From an uncultured delta proteobacterium (GTDB taxonomy: Bacteria > Desulfobacterota > BSN033 > UBA1163): DNA of 64,000 bases. The position numbers were made by a program, and so were the translations under genes. The stretch's first letter is position 1, and each line of letters opens with the position of its first letter. The DNA is taken from assembly GCA_963827685.1 (NCBI GenBank), contig CAWHBU010000003.1, forward strand, positions 960,001-1,024,000, read 5' to 3'. Below, one piece after another: positions 59,860 through 64,000 of the stretch. A model generated the notes under the pieces. The model worked only from the letters and a program-made list of their open reading frames with translations, was not told where the DNA came from and made no database searches.

Positions 59860-60681
59860 TCATGGACGCTCCCTAAATTTCTCTTTTACAAGTTTGATGA
59901 ATTCTGATTTCTGACTGCCTATTGTTATACCACTAAAATGAAATTTGCCAGAGCCAATAAGCCAGAATATCTTATCTACGATTACGGGGTCCTGTTTAAC
60001 AATACGTCCTATCTTTACAATTTTTTTGAAAATTTCATAATCAGAATCGGATTCAACGAATCTCAATTCCTTAAAAATAGTTTTCAGCTGAACATCAGAT
60101 TTGCCATATTGATAATATCCTAACTCTTTTAGGAAATCGCATGCCAAAGGAAAGCCAAAGCCAAAAATCTCTTTTTCCAATAGCATGGGCAGGGCAGCAA
60201 TGGTAAATTCATTAAGAAAGAATGATTTGACAAATTCATCAAACTTTTCAACGGACTGAAAATTCGATAAAAAATTTGCACAGGATAGAACCCCTCTACA
60301 ATACATTACCCATGCATTTCTCTTATTATTAATATCCATCCTATAATTCTTGTCAAATTTCTTCTTGAATTCATTGAATAAACTTTCCCACTTATTCTCG
60401 AATTTGTTTACTACTTTTTGGGGATCAAAATCTTGAAGAATAGACCTCATCTGATCTACGTCAGCGATGAAATTTCCATATCCTTGCTTGTTTTTTAGAG
60501 ATTGAACCATTTGTTTAAAAACGTCTCGAACCGTTTTAGGATTGCAATTATGATAGTAATCCAAATGCTTCCTGAGAACATCTTCTCCCACTTTGTTTCT
60601 CAAAAACTCGTAAGCTTCCTCATATATAAATTTTAGTCTTGAATTTTCATCCACTTTCTTGTCCTCCCTGTCGGTTACCAT
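59860..60681 (-). CDS. HhH-motif DNA glycosylase-like hypothetical protein
   Basis: IFGFGFPLACDFLKELG...KSDVQL...VDKIFW; AT-rich. Confidence 0.6.
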   Translation of the reverse strand: MVTDREDKKVDENSRLKFIYEEAYEFLRNKVGEDVLRKHLDYYHNCNPKTVRDVFKQMVQSLKNKQGYGNFIADVDQMRSILQDFDPQKVVNKFENKWESLFNEFKKKFDKNYRMDINNKRNAWVMYCRGVLSCANFLSNFQSVEKFDEFVKSFFLNEFTIAALPMLLEKEIFGFGFPLACDFLKELGYYQYGKSDVQLKTIFKELRFVESDSDYEIFKKIVKIGRIVKQDPVIVDKIFWLIGSGKFHFSGITIGSQKSEFIKLVKEKFRERP

Positions 60682-61034
60682 TTGACGTATACATTTTTTG
60701 GGGAGAAATTGTCAAGGTCTCACTCTGACACTCTCTCCTCAACCCCATCCATCCTACCCCAGGCATCGAGTCGAGCATCTCCGGTCCTTTAACTCCTTGG
60801 CCTTCTATCTGTGAGGGAGACGGTCTGGGTTTTCATTGAAATATAGAGCGTGGTATTTATCCAGAATCGACGATTTCCTGTAAAAATATCGGAATGATTT
60901 GCATGGTTTCAAAACCGGAAAAAGAGGGCTCTGGAATTATCTCATTACGTTTTTATGTTTAGCTATCAAGGAGTTTTACGCTGTTGGAAAGGGACAGGCG
61001 GGGTCGTTGGTTTCTACTTCCTGTTTATCAGTCG

Positions 61035-61063
61035 TTGACAGGTGCTAGCGAAAAGGGTAGATT
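61035..61063 (+). promoter_or_regulatory. sigma70 promoter
   Basis: TTGACA-17-TAGATT before the GNAT gene. Confidence 0.55.
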
Positions 61064-61118
61064 TCAAATGATAATTTACAAAGACGGATAAATCAGTCTT
61101 TTTATTACTTGGAGATCA

Positions 61119-61622
61119 ATGGAAGAAACAGTTCGATACCGATTCATGGAACCGAGTGAAGAAACTGGGGTCTGTAATCTTGTAATTTGCGTTTTCAAGG
61201 AGTTCATCGCCCATCAGTACTCTCAAGAAGGGGTTCGTGAATTTCTGAAGTATGTTCAACCGGAATTGCTCTTGCGTCGTTCCCAAAAGAATCATTTTGT
61301 TTTACTTGCAACAATACAGGACAAGATAGTGGGAATGATCGAGATAAGAAATAATAGGCATGTATCTTTGCTCTTTGTGGACAAACGATTTCAACAAAGA
61401 GGCATTGGAAGAGAATTGCTGCGGAGATCGTTGAAAATATGTAAGCTGGAAATTTCTTTGAAGCGTAGTTCGGAATTGCAGGGGGTCAGTGTCAATTCAT
61501 CTCCCAATTCTATTCAAATATATGAGAGGATAGGGTTTCGCCAAAAAGGTTCCGAACAGGTGAAAAACGGGATTCGTTTTACTCAAATGGTTCTTGAGTT
61601 ACCAAAAGAGCAGGGACACTGA
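61119..61622 (+). CDS. GNAT N-acetyltransferase
   Basis: LFVD..FQQRGIGRELL, VNSS, YERIGF. Confidence 0.93.
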   Translation: MEETVRYRFMEPSEETGVCNLVICVFKEFIAHQYSQEGVREFLKYVQPELLLRRSQKNHFVLLATIQDKIVGMIEIRNNRHVSLLFVDKRFQQRGIGRELLRRSLKICKLEISLKRSSELQGVSVNSSPNSIQIYERIGFRQKGSEQVKNGIRFTQMVLELPKEQGH

Positions 61623-61812
61623 GGAGTTATAATCGTGTTCTCTACGTTACTGTAGGGCTTCGTGTCGTTATGCTCTCTTTCAATCGAAATTCAACAACCC
61701 TTAATGTAGGCTAATCCTCACTCTTTCAGTGTGAAATACCGACATCCACTGTTGCCATGCAACTGCCAAATTGCTATAAATAATTTTAGAAAGTCCTGAG
61801 GAGGGTGGGAGT

Positions 61813-62250
61813 ATGTATAAAAAGATTTTGGTTCCGTTAGACGGTTCGGAACTGGCAAAAAAGGCCTTAGATCATGCAGAAGAATTGGCCAAGACCTTTG
61901 ATGCTGAAATCATTCTATTCCAAGTCGTCCCCCTTATGCCCATCTATGGAGCCCCGGAGTTGGTGACGCCTTTTATCGTTGATGAGAAGCAAAAGGAAGT
62001 GGCCGAGAGGTATCTTACCAACCTTGCCGAGGAAATGAAAACACGAGGCCATAAGGTGACGGCAATGGTGAGGACAGGTCAACAGGTGGCCGCACAGATC
62101 ATCGACTTCGCAAAGGAAAGCGGAGTAGATTTGATTGTGATGTGCACCCACGGTCGTTCGGGAGTTACCCGGTGGGTTTTGGGGAGTGTTGCACACAAAG
62201 TCTTAACCCGGGCCGAAACACCCATCCTTCTCATCCATTTGAAGAGATAA
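61813..62250 (+). CDS. Universal stress protein
   Basis: YKKILVPLDGS, DLIVMCTHGRSG, LGSVA. Confidence 0.97.
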   Translation: MYKKILVPLDGSELAKKALDHAEELAKTFDAEIILFQVVPLMPIYGAPELVTPFIVDEKQKEVAERYLTNLAEEMKTRGHKVTAMVRTGQQVAAQIIDFAKESGVDLIVMCTHGRSGVTRWVLGSVAHKVLTRAETPILLIHLKR

Positions 62251-62447
62251 TTGCTTCCACATGAGGACGATCCTCATCCGGCTCCACATTGCCTCTGAAT
62301 TCATTGCCAATGGTATATCAGGATGATGAGGTGAAGGCTCCATCATTTAAATTTTTGGCGAACTCCATTTGGACAATTTAGTAGACCTCAATTACAATTT
62401 GAACTGTTCCTAATAAATATCTCTTAGCTTCAAGGATCGTTCTCAAG

Positions 62448-63821
62448 ATGCGTCGTTACCTTATTTTTGCTTGTGCCGGGTTAAGCCTTCTTATGTCCTC
62501 CATTGACAGTGAAGTGATTGCAGTGGCCTTCTCCCACCTTATGAAAGACCTTGGCACCAATGTCCTCTGGGCAGCATGGACGATTTCAATCTACCTGGTT
62601 GCGTTTACGAGTGTTATGCCATTGATGGGCAATCTGAGCGACAGCTTTGGTCGAAAAAGAGTCTTTCTGGTTTCTCTCATCCTCTTTACAGCCAGTTCCC
62701 TTGCTTGCGGCCTTGCTCCGAATATCTACAGCCTGGTGGCATTTCGTTTCCTTCAAGGGATTGGAGGAGCAAGTTTTCTCCCGACGGCTGCAGGCATCGT
62801 GAGTGATCAATTTCCAGAACATCGGGAGAGGGCCATTGGCCTGTTTACCAGCATCTATCCCATAGGAGGTATTATTGGCCCAAACCTAGGGGGCTGGGTA
62901 GTCAGCCGATATTCTTGGCGATATATTTTTTACATCAATTTACCTATCGGTATTGCTCTGATAGCTCTGAGCATGATTTTACTTGAAGATTCAGAGGTCC
63001 TTTCTCAGCCTCATATAGACTTTGGAGGAGCCTCTTTTTTCTTTGGAGCAATACTTTTCCTCATGCTTGGTTTAAATCTCATTGCTGAGAACTTCTCTAT
63101 CTCCTTCCTCCTTCTTACGATAACCTTTATAGCTGTCAGTTTTTCCTTTCTCTACCTATTTATTCGCCAAGAGAAGAAGGTACCGAACCCAATCCTCGAT
63201 ATGGCCTTGTTAAGATCAAGGCCTTTCTTGGCAGCAAACCTATACAATATGATAGGAGGTGCGGGATACCTCGGAATCTTTGCCTTTATTCCTTTCTATG
63301 CCACCACCGTGCATAAGTTATCCACCCTGGTTAGCGGGATGATACTGACCCCTCGGTCTCTCGTAATCATTCCTGCCGCGGGTGTAACCAGTTTTTTGCT
63401 CAGGCGATGGGGTTACCGGTGGCCGATGGTGTTGGGTATGAGCATCATCTCTCTTTCGACATTCCTTCTGGGTGGCCAAGGGCTCCGGTTTTTGAGAATG
63501 ATTGGTATCAATTGGGAAGTTGCTCAAATCCTGGCTATCCCGATTATGATTGCTGGAATCGGATTTGGGATTTCCCTACCTGCTTCCAATAACGCATGCA
63601 TCGAACTCATGCCAGAGAAGGTGGCTACCATTACAGGGCTTCGAGGAATGTTTAGGTCTGTTGGAGGAGCGTTCGGAATCTCATTAACTACGATTATCCT
63701 TCATCTAAGTTTAACCCCTGCCAATGGCTTTAGCATTAGCTTCCCTTCTTTTGGCCTTGGGTTTTTATTTGCTATTCCTCTTGTCTTTCTTATGCCCTCT
63801 GGGAAAAAAGAATGGCGATAA
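62448..63821 (+). CDS. MFS transporter (DHA2/EmrB-like)
   Basis: GNLSDSFGRKR, FRFLQGIG, WRYIFYINLPIG. Confidence 0.93.
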   Translation: MRRYLIFACAGLSLLMSSIDSEVIAVAFSHLMKDLGTNVLWAAWTISIYLVAFTSVMPLMGNLSDSFGRKRVFLVSLILFTASSLACGLAPNIYSLVAFRFLQGIGGASFLPTAAGIVSDQFPEHRERAIGLFTSIYPIGGIIGPNLGGWVVSRYSWRYIFYINLPIGIALIALSMILLEDSEVLSQPHIDFGGASFFFGAILFLMLGLNLIAENFSISFLLLTITFIAVSFSFLYLFIRQEKKVPNPILDMALLRSRPFLAANLYNMIGGAGYLGIFAFIPFYATTVHKLSTLVSGMILTPRSLVIIPAAGVTSFLLRRWGYRWPMVLGMSIISLSTFLLGGQGLRFLRMIGINWEVAQILAIPIMIAGIGFGISLPASNNACIELMPEKVATITGLRGMFRSVGGAFGISLTTIILHLSLTPANGFSISFPSFGLGFLFAIPLVFLMPSGKKEWR

Positions 63822-64000
63822 AGCTGGACCCTATCAGGTTGAAGAGGAAAGATGGGGGTCAGAAATGCCACTGCTTTTATTTTTCAGGAGTTTTTCTCGT
63901 GCTTGCTTTCTATCCTTAATCGTCAACTTCTATCACTATGTAAGATTGAGGAGTAGTAGTCAACTCTTCAATTCAGGCTCTCTCCAAATATCTTCATCTC

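Noticed and set aside
1-64000. tRNA/rRNA genes, riboswitches and the many short antisense ORFs
   Set aside because: No T-loop/cloverleaf or riboswitch consensus recognised by eye; short ORFs are shadows of well-supported genes

Overview
Bacterial chromosomal window; gene content and repeats suggest a Desulfobacterota/deltaproteobacterium-like genome (inference). (1) 1-13 kb: minus-strand cell-surface/LPS modification cluster with three ArnT/GT39 paralogues, an ArnC-like GT2, a DegT aminotransferase, two Gfo/Idh/MocA dehydrogenases, a radical SAM enzyme, a GT4 and a tandem LPS kinase. (2) 13.4-18 kb: divergent operon behind a sigma54+IHF promoter (ACP, FabF-like KS, HAD phosphatase, class III aminotransferase, alpha/beta protein with a Cys nucleophile). 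This is my best candidate for an uncharacterised amino-lipid pathway. (3) 18-46 kb: housekeeping and signalling genes, with many small nested palindromic repeats and MITEs between them. (4) 46-61 kb: mosaic accessory region with a hyaluronan-synthase-like GT2, candidate defence genes, a truncated IS, degenerate attC-like sites and putative RAYT-end remnants. (5) 61-64 kb: GNAT, Usp and MFS genes. No rRNA, tRNA or CRISPR array was recognised. All calls come from motif reading by eye; no searches were run.
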